A stretch of DNA of 59,792 bases from Flavobacteriales bacterium (GTDB taxonomy: Bacteria > Bacteroidota > Bacteroidia > NS11-12g > UBA955), in NCBI GenBank assembly GCA_947487175.1, contig CANKVM010000003.1, positions 1 to 59,792 on the forward strand, read 5' to 3'. Shown here one piece after another: positions 1 through 8,824 of this stretch. Below the pieces are notes generated by a model. The model saw nothing but the letters and a program-made list of their open reading frames with translations, made no database searches and was not told the origin of the DNA. Position 1 is the stretch's first letter, and every line of letters begins with the position of its first letter. Made by a program: the position numbers and the translations under genes.

Positions 1-576
1 CTATTCATAGCTTATAAGGCCAATAAAAAATTAGAAGTTTATGTTGGAAGTCCAAATAAGGAAATGTCACTTTATGAAACTTACAATGTTTGCGCCCAAT
101 CAGGTGATATTGGACCCAAAAACCAAAGTGGCGACAACCAAACACCTGAAGGATATTATTATATAGATCGATTTAATCCTGCCAGCAATTTCCTCTTGAG
201 TTTAGGTTTAAACTATCCGAATAAGGCCGATAAAATTAGAAGTAATGCCTCAGATTTGGGTGGTGATATTTTCATTCATGGCAACTGTTTGTCAATTGGC
301 TGCTTAGCCATGACAGATGAAAGCATCAAAGAAATTTATACACTAGCCATTATGGCAAGAAATTCAAATCAAATGAAAATCCCTGTAATTATTGCTCCTT
401 TTACAATGCTACAATCTAAAAAAATGGATTTTGACAAGCAGGCTGATTTAAAACCCTATGCCAAATATTTTGGTTTATGGAAAAGTATTTTTGAGGGAAT
501 TTCAAAATTTTACAAAACAAAACAGCTTCCTAAATTTACAATAAGCAAAACTGGTTCTTATATCTTAACAAAATAA
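1..576 (+). CDS. L,D-transpeptidase (YkuD fold, YafK/DpaA-like), 5'-truncated by window edge
   Basis: Frame is open from base 1 (LFIAYKANKKLEVY...); GD-x-x-TPEG motif and catalytic GGDIFIHGNCLSIGC. Confidence 0.85.
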   Translation, partial: LFIAYKANKKLEVYVGSPNKEMSLYETYNVCAQSGDIGPKNQSGDNQTPEGYYYIDRFNPASNFLLSLGLNYPNKADKIRSNASDLGGDIFIHGNCLSIGCLAMTDESIKEIYTLAIMARNSNQMKIPVIIAPFTMLQSKKMDFDKQADLKPYAKYFGLWKSIFEGISKFYKTKQLPKFTISKTGSYILTK

Positions 577-585
577 TCAATTATT

Positions 586-1056
586 ATGCAGTACGTTGCT
601 AAAAACGCCCTTGACTACATTGCTCAGTTGCCAGAAGATCGCGTTGAGCCAATGAAAAAACTTAGAGAAACGATTGTCAACAGCCTTCCACCAGGATTTG
701 AAGAGTGCATTTCATATGGAATGATTGGATATGTTGTACCTCTAAGTGTTTATCCCGCTGGATATCATTGCGACCCAAAATTACCATTGGGTTTTATGAA
801 TATTGCTTCTCAAAAGAACTTTATTGCATTGTATCATCTGGGTATGTATGGAAGCGAGACTTTGTTGAATTGGTTTGTTGAAGAATATCCCAAACACAGC
901 AAATCCAAATTAGATATGGGCAAAAGTTGCATTCGTTTTAAGAAAATGGACCAAATTCCGTATGATTTAATTGCCGAATTATGCAAAAAATTGAGCATGG
1001 AAAAATACATTGAATTGTATGAAACTGCATTAAAAAACGGTCAAAAAGTGCAATAA
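586..1056 (+). CDS. DUF1801 (YdhG-like) domain protein
   Basis: SYGMIGYVVP...ASQKNFIALY...DMGKSCIRFKK signature. Confidence 0.8.
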   Translation: MQYVAKNALDYIAQLPEDRVEPMKKLRETIVNSLPPGFEECISYGMIGYVVPLSVYPAGYHCDPKLPLGFMNIASQKNFIALYHLGMYGSETLLNWFVEEYPKHSKSKLDMGKSCIRFKKMDQIPYDLIAELCKKLSMEKYIELYETALKNGQKVQ

Positions 1057-1120
1057 TTTTCATTCAACAAATGATTTGATTCATTCACCAATCAGATGAT
1101 TTTATCAGTTCATTTTCTAT

Positions 1121-1128
1121 TATCTTTG
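1121..1128 (+). promoter_or_regulatory. Bacteroidota sigma-A -7 element, 4 nt before ATG
   Basis: TATCTTTG-aatc-ATG(1133). Confidence 0.7.
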
Positions 1129-1132
1129 AATC

Positions 1133-2767
1133 ATGTCAACACAAGACATTCAATTCAATAAAAACGAGGACACCAATAAGCAAAATTGGGATGTCGTAAA
1201 AAGTAGATTAGAAAAAATCTATCTTGGAGGTGGCATAAAAGCTGCTGCAAAACAAAAAGAAAAAGGCAAATTATTAGCGCGTGAAAGAGTTGATTATTTA
1301 AGAGATAAAGATTCAGAATGGATTGAAATTGGTGCCTTTGCCGGATATGAAATGTATGAAGAATACGGTGGATGTGCCGGTGGCGGTGTTGTAACTGGTA
1401 TTGGATATGTGAGCGGCCGCCAATGTATCATTGTTGCCAATGATGCCACTGTAAAAGCAGGAGCTTGGTTCCCAATTACCGGAAAAAAGAATTTGCGTGC
1501 CCAAGAAATAGCAATGGAAAACCATTTGCCAATTATTTATTTGGTTGATAGCGCTGGCGTTTTCTTGCCAATGCAAGATGAAATTTTTGCCGACAAAGAT
1601 CATTTTGGTAGAATGTTCAGAAACAATGCTATCATGAGCAGCATGGGAATTACCCAAATTGCTGCTGTTATGGGAAGTTGTGTTGCAGGTGGTGCCTATT
1701 TGCCAATTATGTCTGATGAAGCATTAATTGTTGAGGGAAATGGAAGTATTTTTCTAGCGGGAAGCTATTTGGTAAAAGCTGCAATTGGAGAAGATATTGA
1801 CAATGAAACCTTAGGAGGCGCAATAACACAAACTGAAATATCGGGTGTTATTGACGATAAATTCCCTAATGACCAAGCCTGTTTAGATAGGATAAAATAT
1901 ATCATGGATAAACTAGGCAAACCTGAAAATGCAGGTTTTGACCGGGTAAAAACAAAATTACCTGTAAAAAAGCAAGACGAAATTTGGGGGTTGTTGCCTG
2001 CAGATAGAGGAAAACCTTATAAGTCCCTCGAAATAATTGAAAGACTTGTTGACAACAGTGAATTTGAGCAATACAAAGAAGGATATGGAAAAAGTATCCT
2101 TTGTGGATATGCGAGAATTGATGGCTGGGCTGTGGGTATTGTTGCAAATAACCGTGAACTGGTGAAAAGCAAAAAAGGAGAAATGCAATTTGGTGGTGTA
2201 ATTTATAGCGATAGTGCAGATAAATCAGCAAGATTTATTATGAATTGCAACCAAAAGAAAATTCCTTTGGTATTTTTACAAGACGTTACAGGATTCATGG
2301 TTGGAAGTAGATCTGAGCATGGAGGCATTATTAAAGATGGCGCCAAAATGGTAATGGCAATGGCCAATAGTACTGTTCCAAAGTTTACCATTGTAATGGG
2401 AAATAGCTATGGTGCAGGAAACTATGCAATGTGCGGAAAAGCATATGACCCAAGATTAATTGTAGCATGGCCAACGGCAAAAATTGCGGTAATGGGTGGA
2501 GAGCAAGCTGCCAAAACACTTTTGCAAATTGAAAAAGCATCTTTAAAAGCAAAAGGTGAAGAAATTACGATTGAAAACGAAAATGCATTGCTTGATAAAA
2601 TCACCCAAAGATACAATAGCCAAACTACTCCTTATTATGCTGCTTCTCGTTTGTGGGTAGATGCAATTATAAATCCTCTGGATACTAGAAAATGGATTTC
2701 AATGGGAATAGAAGCGGCAAGTCAAGCGCCGGTGAAACCATTTCATCCTGGCATTTTACAAGTTTAA
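1133..2767 (+). CDS. Acyl-CoA carboxylase carboxyltransferase (beta) subunit, methylcrotonyl-CoA carboxylase-like
   Basis: VANDATVKAGAW, DSAGVFLP, GSCVAGGAY and GNSYGAGNYAMCG motifs. Confidence 0.9.
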   Translation: MSTQDIQFNKNEDTNKQNWDVVKSRLEKIYLGGGIKAAAKQKEKGKLLARERVDYLRDKDSEWIEIGAFAGYEMYEEYGGCAGGGVVTGIGYVSGRQCIIVANDATVKAGAWFPITGKKNLRAQEIAMENHLPIIYLVDSAGVFLPMQDEIFADKDHFGRMFRNNAIMSSMGITQIAAVMGSCVAGGAYLPIMSDEALIVEGNGSIFLAGSYLVKAAIGEDIDNETLGGAITQTEISGVIDDKFPNDQACLDRIKYIMDKLGKPENAGFDRVKTKLPVKKQDEIWGLLPADRGKPYKSLEIIERLVDNSEFEQYKEGYGKSILCGYARIDGWAVGIVANNRELVKSKKGEMQFGGVIYSDSADKSARFIMNCNQKKIPLVFLQDVTGFMVGSRSEHGGIIKDGAKMVMAMANSTVPKFTIVMGNSYGAGNYAMCGKAYDPRLIVAWPTAKIAVMGGEQAAKTLLQIEKASLKAKGEEITIENENALLDKITQRYNSQTTPYYAASRLWVDAIINPLDTRKWISMGIEAASQAPVKPFHPGILQV

Positions 2768-2814
2768 GTAGCGAGAATAAATTTCGGGTAGAATTCGAAA
2801 GTAAAAATTATGCG

Positions 2815-2838
2815 ATTTAGCGATAAAAATCGTTAAAT
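2815..2838 (+). terminator. Possible terminator hairpin after the carboxylase gene
   Basis: ATTTAGCGAT-aaaa-ATCGTTAAAT stem with one G-U pair; weak U tract. Confidence 0.35.
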
Positions 2839-2893
2839 ACAATCTTTTCTTGATAAAATGTGGAAAACGTTAGGAAATATCTGAAGATATACC

Positions 2894-2901
2894 TACCTTT
2901 G
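2894..2901 (+). promoter_or_regulatory. -7 promoter element of the helicase gene (about 97-nt leader)
   Basis: TACCTTTG. Confidence 0.6.
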
Positions 2902-3002
2902 CAGCGCAATTCTTTACGAGTGGGACTTTTGTAGTTTGAATCTATTGCGATTCCTACGCTTTCATTTCTGCTTCTGAAGCGTTAGCCCGAAAAAAAATAT
3001 TA

Positions 3003-5081
3003 ATGCAAAATTTTGAAAACTTGGGGTTACTACCTCAACTTGTGTCTACTGTAGAAAAGCAGGGATACACCGAACCTACGCCTATCCAAAAAGTGGCGAT
3101 TCCAGCAATTTTAGCAGGTGGCGACCTTTTCGCAACTGCTCCTACGGGTACAGGTAAAACTGCAGCATTTGCAATTCCTATTATCCAACAAATCATCGAG
3201 AAACCGCAAAAAGGCGTTCACGCCCTTATTTTAGCGCCAACTCGTGAGTTAGCACACCAAATTTCTGACAACTTCAAGAAATATGGTGCCACAATGAAAC
3301 TTCGTATCGCTTTGGTATACGGTGGAGTTTCTCAAAGACGCCAGGTTGAAGACATTCGCCGTGGTTGTCAGGTAATTATTGCCACTCCTGGCCGTTTATT
3401 AGACCTTATTCAACAAGGACATATTGATTTATCTGCAATTAACACTTGGGTGTTAGATGAGTGTGATCGTATGTTAGACATGGGATTCATTAGTGATATC
3501 CGTGATATTGGTCGTTTAATGTTAAATGATAAAAAACAAACTTTATTATTTTCAGCTACGGCTCCAAGAGAAATTAGAGTTTTGTCTCAAGAATTATTGT
3601 CTGAGCCAACACAAATTGACATTGCTCCTTTAAACGAAGAAAAACCAAAAATTACACAATGGTTATTTGCAGTAGGAAGAAATGACAAATTTGAATTATT
3701 AAAAGAACTTTTAGATGATGCTGAGGTTCACTCTATGTTGGTTTTTACAAAAACCAAACATGGTGCTGACAAATTGGTTGATTTACTAAGAAACATCAAT
3801 GAACATGCAGTTGCTATTCATGGCGACAAGAGTCAACGCGAACGTACTCGTAACCTAGACTTATTCAAAGAAGGCCGTGCACGTATTTTGGTAGCAACAG
3901 ACGTTGCTGCGAGAGGTGTAGACGTTCCAGCTTTGAATCACGTATTAAACTATGACATGCCGCAAGATCCTGAAACTTATACGCACCGTATAGGTAGAAC
4001 TGGAAGAGCGGGTAGTACAGGTTTGGCTATGTCGTTTTGTGATCAATCAGAATCAAACTTGCTTGATATGATTTACAAAGAGCATGGAACAACTGATTTG
4101 GTTGAAATGGAACATGAATACCGCATTGAATTGCCAAAAGGGCGCAGTGGTGGTGGACGTGGCCGTGGTGGTTATGGTGGCGGTGGAAACCGTGGCGGTA
4201 ATCGCGGTGGCGGAAGTCGTGGTGGTAGCTCATTTGGTGGCAACCGCGGTGGAAGCTCATATGGCGGCGGCGGCGGAAGTTCTTACGGCGGTGGCGGTGG
4301 AAACTCTTACGGTGGTGGTAATCGCGGTGGAAGTGGTGGCGGAGAACGTCGTTCATTTTCAAACGATAGACCTGCTAATACAGACAGACCTGCTTTCAGT
4401 AACGACAGACCTTCTTACAACAACGACAGACCATCTTTTAATGATAGACCAGCTGGAGATAAACCTTCAGGAGACAGATCATTTGGTGGTAACAGACCCT
4501 CTGGCGATAGATCATTTAACAGTAACAGAACATCTAGCGATAGACCTGCATTTAATAGAAGCGATAGACCTGCACCATCTGGTGACAGACCTGCATTCAA
4601 CAGCAACAGATCTGGTAGCGACCGTCCATCTGGCGACAGGCCTTATGGAAACGCAAACAGAGGTGGTGGATCATTCGGTGGCAACAGGCCAGCGGGAGGC
4701 GACCGCCCTTTTAATAACGATCGCAATAGCAACACTTCTTCACGCCCTTATGGGTCTGAAAACCGCGATCGTAGTTTTGAAGGTAAGGTTAGACAAGAAA
4801 CGCAAGCTCGTCAGAGCAGTGCTTTCGGAAACAGCCGCAATAGTGAACGTAGTGCTCGTCCAGCATTTAACAGCAATAGCAGCGGCGACAACAATCGTCA
4901 AGCTCGTAGATCTGATTCAGGTCAACCTGCTGCGCCTGCTAGCGCTGATAGTGGCAAAAGTCACCATCGAGGCCAGGGCGGGAAAAAGCCAGCTAGTTCG
5001 AGCAATTTTAGCAGAAATTCACCTGCTAAACCTCGCAGAAACCCAGCTGGACACAAAAACAAATACAAATCTGATATTTAA
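3003..5081 (+). CDS. DEAD-box RNA helicase (RhlE/CshA-like) with long disordered C-terminal tail
   Basis: Q motif GYTEPTPIQ, TGTGKT, PTRELA, TPGR, DECD, SAT, ARGVD, HRIGRTGRAG; about 310-aa G/R/S/N/D/P tail. Confidence 0.95.
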   Translation: MQNFENLGLLPQLVSTVEKQGYTEPTPIQKVAIPAILAGGDLFATAPTGTGKTAAFAIPIIQQIIEKPQKGVHALILAPTRELAHQISDNFKKYGATMKLRIALVYGGVSQRRQVEDIRRGCQVIIATPGRLLDLIQQGHIDLSAINTWVLDECDRMLDMGFISDIRDIGRLMLNDKKQTLLFSATAPREIRVLSQELLSEPTQIDIAPLNEEKPKITQWLFAVGRNDKFELLKELLDDAEVHSMLVFTKTKHGADKLVDLLRNINEHAVAIHGDKSQRERTRNLDLFKEGRARILVATDVAARGVDVPALNHVLNYDMPQDPETYTHRIGRTGRAGSTGLAMSFCDQSESNLLDMIYKEHGTTDLVEMEHEYRIELPKGRSGGGRGRGGYGGGGNRGGNRGGGSRGGSSFGGNRGGSSYGGGGGSSYGGGGGNSYGGGNRGGSGGGERRSFSNDRPANTDRPAFSNDRPSYNNDRPSFNDRPAGDKPSGDRSFGGNRPSGDRSFNSNRTSSDRPAFNRSDRPAPSGDRPAFNSNRSGSDRPSGDRPYGNANRGGGSFGGNRPAGGDRPFNNDRNSNTSSRPYGSENRDRSFEGKVRQETQARQSSAFGNSRNSERSARPAFNSNSSGDNNRQARRSDSGQPAAPASADSGKSHHRGQGGKKPASSSNFSRNSPAKPRRNPAGHKNKYKSDI
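4140..4730 (+). repeat. Coding low-complexity repeats: RGG/GGG block, then degenerate (N/G/S)DRP(A/S)F(N) units
   Basis: Recurrent gacagacct/gatagacct units in DNA and DRP units in the protein. Confidence 0.75.
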
Positions 5082-5104
5082 TAAATAGCAGAATCTGATA
5101 TTTC

Positions 5105-5131
5105 AAAGGTGCGTGAAAACGCACCTTTTTT
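5105..5131 (+). terminator. Intrinsic terminator of the helicase gene
   Basis: AAAGGTGCGT-gaaa-ACGCACCTTT followed by TTT. Confidence 0.9.
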
Positions 5132-5384
5132 ATTTAATGAGGTTTTAAATTGTAGCTATTACAATTAATTTAATTTCCAAAATTAACAAACGCAATTTTT
5201 TGGACTATTAGAAAATCAATTCCAAAAATCTAAAAGTTGAGTATTAAAGAAATATTCTAAGATTGGATTATTCCCAAATGCGTATTTTTAGGATGTTAAC
5301 TCTATTAGAGAATTATAAATTCACAAACCATTTATAGAAATATGGTTCTTTTTTTATTCATTTGAAATTTTGAACATAAAAAAA

Positions 5385-5465
5385 GGCGGTATCGCGTCGC
5401 TACAACCCACTGCCCTTGCTTCCTTCCGGACCTGGGGGAATTCATGAGGAGCTGACCGTACCGCC
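5385..5465 (-). ncRNA. ffs: Signal recognition particle RNA (4.5S, small SRP)
   Basis: Minus strand reads CAGGUCCGGAAGGAAGCA (helix 8 with GGAA tetraloop); terminal stem GGCGGUA/UACCGCC followed by a U tract. Confidence 0.93.
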
Positions 5466-5469
5466 GGTG

Positions 5470-5477
5470 CAAAGATA
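5470..5477 (-). promoter_or_regulatory. -7 promoter element of ffs
   Basis: TATCTTTG-cacc-GGCGG (first base of the terminal stem). Confidence 0.8.
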
Positions 5478-5530
5478 CTGCCTTTTCTTTAGACCATCAA
5501 TCGAAATTCAAAAAATCGTATTCATTTCAT

Positions 5531-5538
5531 TATCTTTG
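5531..5538 (+). promoter_or_regulatory. -7 element 4 nt before the lptB ATG
   Basis: TATCTTTG-ccac-ATG. Confidence 0.7.
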
Positions 5539-5542
5539 CCAC

Positions 5543-6295
5543 ATGCGCCTTCGCTCCGAAAACTTAATTAAACAATACGGCTCCAAAAAAGTTGTAAATG
5601 ACGTAAGTGTTGAAGTAAACCAAGGAGAAATTGTTGGTCTTTTAGGACCCAACGGTGCCGGCAAAACAACCACATTCTACATGTGCGTTGGTCTTGTGAA
5701 ACCAGATAAAGGAAAAATTTATTTGGATGATAAAGACATTACCAAATTGCCAATGTACAAAAGGGCCCAATTTGGTATTGGTTATTTGCCTCAAGAAGCC
5801 TCTGTTTTTAGAGATCTCAGCGTAGAAGATAATATCAAAGCCATTCTTGAAATGACTCCCCTTACCAAAATTCAACAAGAAGAGAAATTAGAAACATTGA
5901 TTGAAGAATTTAGTTTGGGTAGGGTTAGAACCAATTTAGGAAAGGTTTTGAGCGGCGGTGAACGTAGAAGAACTGAAATTGCCCGCGCCTTGGCAACGGA
6001 TCCTCATTTTATCCTTCTAGACGAACCTTTTGCTGGCGTTGATCCAATTGCTGTAGAAGACATCCAAAGTATTGTAGCGAAGCTAAAAGATCGCAATATT
6101 GGCATTCTAATAACCGATCACAATGTGCAAGAAACTTTAAGTATCACCGATCGCGCATATTTGCTTTTCGAGGGACAATTACTCAAACAAGGAAATGCCG
6201 AAGAACTTGCAAATGACGAGTTGGTGCGTAAAGTTTACCTAGGTCAAAACTTCGAATTGCGACGCAAATCACCAAAACAAGAAATTACCGAATGA
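5543..6295 (+). CDS. lptB: LPS export ABC transporter ATP-binding protein
   Basis: [45 protein letters not shown]. Confidence 0.95.
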   Translation: MRLRSENLIKQYGSKKVVNDVSVEVNQGEIVGLLGPNGAGKTTTFYMCVGLVKPDKGKIYLDDKDITKLPMYKRAQFGIGYLPQEASVFRDLSVEDNIKAILEMTPLTKIQQEEKLETLIEEFSLGRVRTNLGKVLSGGERRRTEIARALATDPHFILLDEPFAGVDPIAVEDIQSIVAKLKDRNIGILITDHNVQETLSITDRAYLLFEGQLLKQGNAEELANDELVRKVYLGQNFELRRKSPKQEITE

Positions 6296-7239
6296 GATTG
6301 ATTGTTTCACGCAGTCTTTGTCCGTATTTCCATCTCGCTGCAGAAGCTTTCTTTTTACAACAAACAGACGAAAATATTTTGCTTATTTGGCAAAGCGAAA
6401 GTGCTGTAGTATCAGGCAAACATCAAAATATTTGCGCCGAAATCAATTATAAGTTCTGTAAGGAAAACAACATATTGCCGGCAAGACGACTTTCAGGGGG
6501 TGGAACAGTGTTTCATGATATGGGAAATATTAATTTCACATTTATCAAAAACATTGAAACCGAAATGGACAAAGCTGTTAATTACAAACAATTCCTTGAA
6601 CCCATTCGCAAAACGCTTTTTTCATTGGGCATAGAAACTACCTATAGCTACAGAGATGATTTATTGTTAGATGGGAAAAAAATAAGTGGCAATGCCCAAC
6701 ATATTTTCCAACAAAAGAAACGCGTTTTACATCATGGAACCCTATTATACGATTGCCAATTAACCAACTTGTCAAGTGCATTGCACTCAGAAGGACAATA
6801 TGAAGACAAAGCAGTTAAAAGTGTAAGAAGCGTTGTAACCAACATCAAAGACTATCACAACTTTGGTGAAACCCAAGATTTCTTGGTGAAATTTATCAAT
6901 GAACTGAGCACTTCATTCGGCGCCGCACAATTTCTTTCAGAAAATGAAGTACAGCGTATTGACGAAATAAAGAAAGAAAAGTTTGAGCTTGAAGAATGGA
7001 TTTTAGGTTACTCACCAAAATATATTCACCGACGGTCAGTGTCCCTCAAAAACAAAAAATACGAATTGTATTTGTTTGTCGATAAAGGCGTTGTAACGTT
7101 AATGGAACTCGTAAACGAAATGGGCGAAAAAAACTTTATTTCAGAAAGTTCGGAATGCATTTCAAATCCAATTTCTATTGAAACTTTCAAAAGCGGATTT
7201 CCGGAAATTCCAGAAACTGAATTGTATCAATTTTTATAA
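6292..7239 (+). CDS. lplA: Lipoate-protein ligase A family
   Basis: [33 protein letters not shown]. Confidence 0.88.
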   Translation: MRLIVSRSLCPYFHLAAEAFFLQQTDENILLIWQSESAVVSGKHQNICAEINYKFCKENNILPARRLSGGGTVFHDMGNINFTFIKNIETEMDKAVNYKQFLEPIRKTLFSLGIETTYSYRDDLLLDGKKISGNAQHIFQQKKRVLHHGTLLYDCQLTNLSSALHSEGQYEDKAVKSVRSVVTNIKDYHNFGETQDFLVKFINELSTSFGAAQFLSENEVQRIDEIKKEKFELEEWILGYSPKYIHRRSVSLKNKKYELYLFVDKGVVTLMELVNEMGEKNFISESSECISNPISIETFKSGFPEIPETELYQFL

Positions 7240-7854
7240 TTGAATTGCCTTACAAATTGGGCAATTTTCAACGACATGACCTCTGGCTGGACAATATTCT
7301 CGGCCATAAAATATAATTTGCAAATGTATTTTATTCCACAAATCTCTCGGGGTCAATCGTTTCAAATCCTTTTCTGTTTGTTCCACGTTTTTACCGTTTG
7401 ATAACTTCCATCTTACTGCCAAACGATGAATATGGGTATCAACAGGAAAAGCAGGCACACCAAAAGCTTGCGACATAACCACACTCGCAGTTTTATGTCC
7501 TACCCCAGGCAATGCTTCCAAGTCTTCGAAAGTTTCAGGAACTTGTCCATTGTGCTTATCAAGAATGATTTGGCTTAAATTAAAAATGGCTTTGCTTTTA
7601 AACGGAGACAATCCACAAGGCTTGATAATCTCACGAATTTCTTCAATGGTTAATTTTACCATATCTGAGGGATTGTTAGCCTTGGCAAATAACGAAGGGG
7701 TAATTAAATTTACTCTTTTATCGGTGCATTGGGCACTCAACAAAACAGCAATTAGCAAGGTATATGCATCTGAATGATCCAAAGGAATTGGAACTTCAGT
7801 ATACAAATTTTCCAGCGTATCAAGAATAAATTGAACGCGTTCAGCTTTTTTCAT
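7234..7854 (-). CDS. nth: Endonuclease III (HhH-GPD glycosylase)
   Basis: LLSAQCTD, LPGVGHKTA, VDTHIHR. Confidence 0.92.
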   Translation of the reverse strand: MKKAERVQFILDTLENLYTEVPIPLDHSDAYTLLIAVLLSAQCTDKRVNLITPSLFAKANNPSDMVKLTIEEIREIIKPCGLSPFKSKAIFNLSQIILDKHNGQVPETFEDLEALPGVGHKTASVVMSQAFGVPAFPVDTHIHRLAVRWKLSNGKNVEQTEKDLKRLTPRDLWNKIHLQIIFYGREYCPARGHVVENCPICKAIQL

Positions 7855-7861
7855 TGAATGA

Positions 7862-8824
7862 TTAGATAAAATTACTTAGAATTTGCGCATTTGATATACC
7901 CTCTGCCTCTGCCTTAAAATTGCGAACTATTCTGTGAGAAAGAACCCAATTCATAACAGCGTGTACATCTTCAATATCAACAGAGAACTTCCCATTCATC
8001 AAGGCGTTGCATTTGGCCCCTAGAATCAAATTTTGACCAGCTCTTGGGCCTGCACCATAAGAAAGATACTTATTTGCCATTGGGTGAGCCCCAGGTGTAT
8101 TTGAACGTGTTTTTTGAACCAATCCCACTACATATTCGTAAACATTGTTTGTAACAGGTACCTGTCTCACAATATTTTGGTAATCCATAATTTCCTTTGC
8201 GGTCAGAACTGCAGAAGCATTTTCAGAACTACCAGAGGTAGTTTGTTTTAATATTTGCACCTCTTCATTGAAATTTGGATAATCCAAAACAACTTGATAC
8301 ATAAATCGATCGAGTTGAGCTTCAGGCAAAGGATACGTACCTTCTTGTTCAATTGGATTTTGAGTAGCCAACACAAAGAATGGTTCAGTTAAATGATAAA
8401 TACTCCCACCAGCGGTAACTTGACGCTCTTGCATCGCTTCTAACAAAGCACTTTGAGTTTTAGGTGGAGTCCTATTTATTTCATCGGCCAATAACAGATT
8501 GGCAAAAACAGGGCCTTTAATAAATTTAAATTGTCTGTTTTCATCTAATATTTCAGAACCAATGATATCACTTGGCATTAAATCTGGTGTAAACTGGATG
8601 CGGTTAAAATCTAATGACATCGCTTGTGAAAGTGTTTTCACCAATAATGTTTTTGCCAAACCAGGAACACCAACCATTAATACGTGGCCATGACAAAAAA
8701 TTGCATTCACCAAAGCAGTAACTACTGTATCTTGGCCAACAATAACTTTACCAACTTCAGATTTTAACTGATTTACTTTGGCTCCAAATTGGGAAGCCAA
8801 TTCTGCAGTATCAAGATTACTCAT
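7862..8824 (-). CDS. MoxR-family AAA+ ATPase
   Basis: GVPGLAKT, RIQFTPDLMPSD, DEINR, ATQNPIEQEGTYPLPEAQLDRF. Confidence 0.93.
   Translation of the reverse strand: MSNLDTAELASQFGAKVNQLKSEVGKVIVGQDTVVTALVNAIFCHGHVLMVGVPGLAKTLLVKTLSQAMSLDFNRIQFTPDLMPSDIIGSEILDENRQFKFIKGPVFANLLLADEINRTPPKTQSALLEAMQERQVTAGGSIYHLTEPFFVLATQNPIEQEGTYPLPEAQLDRFMYQVVLDYPNFNEEVQILKQTTSGSSENASAVLTAKEIMDYQNIVRQVPVTNNVYEYVVGLVQKTRSNTPGAHPMANKYLSYGAGPRAGQNLILGAKCNALMNGKFSVDIEDVHAVMNWVLSHRIVRNFKAEAEGISNAQILSNFI

Noticed and set aside
4084-5088. 334-aa +1-frame ORF overlapping the helicase tail (possible overprinted gene or frameshift product)
   Set aside because: Stops in the +1 frame need xTA or xTG codons (Leu/Ile/Val/Met) in the main frame, which the low-complexity tail lacks, so the open frame is expected; no slippery site was seen.
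5132-5384. 250-bp AT-rich gap between the helicase terminator and ffs
   Set aside because: It has only weak AT hairpins and no ORF of 60 aa or more, and I found no DnaA-box cluster or att-like repeat.
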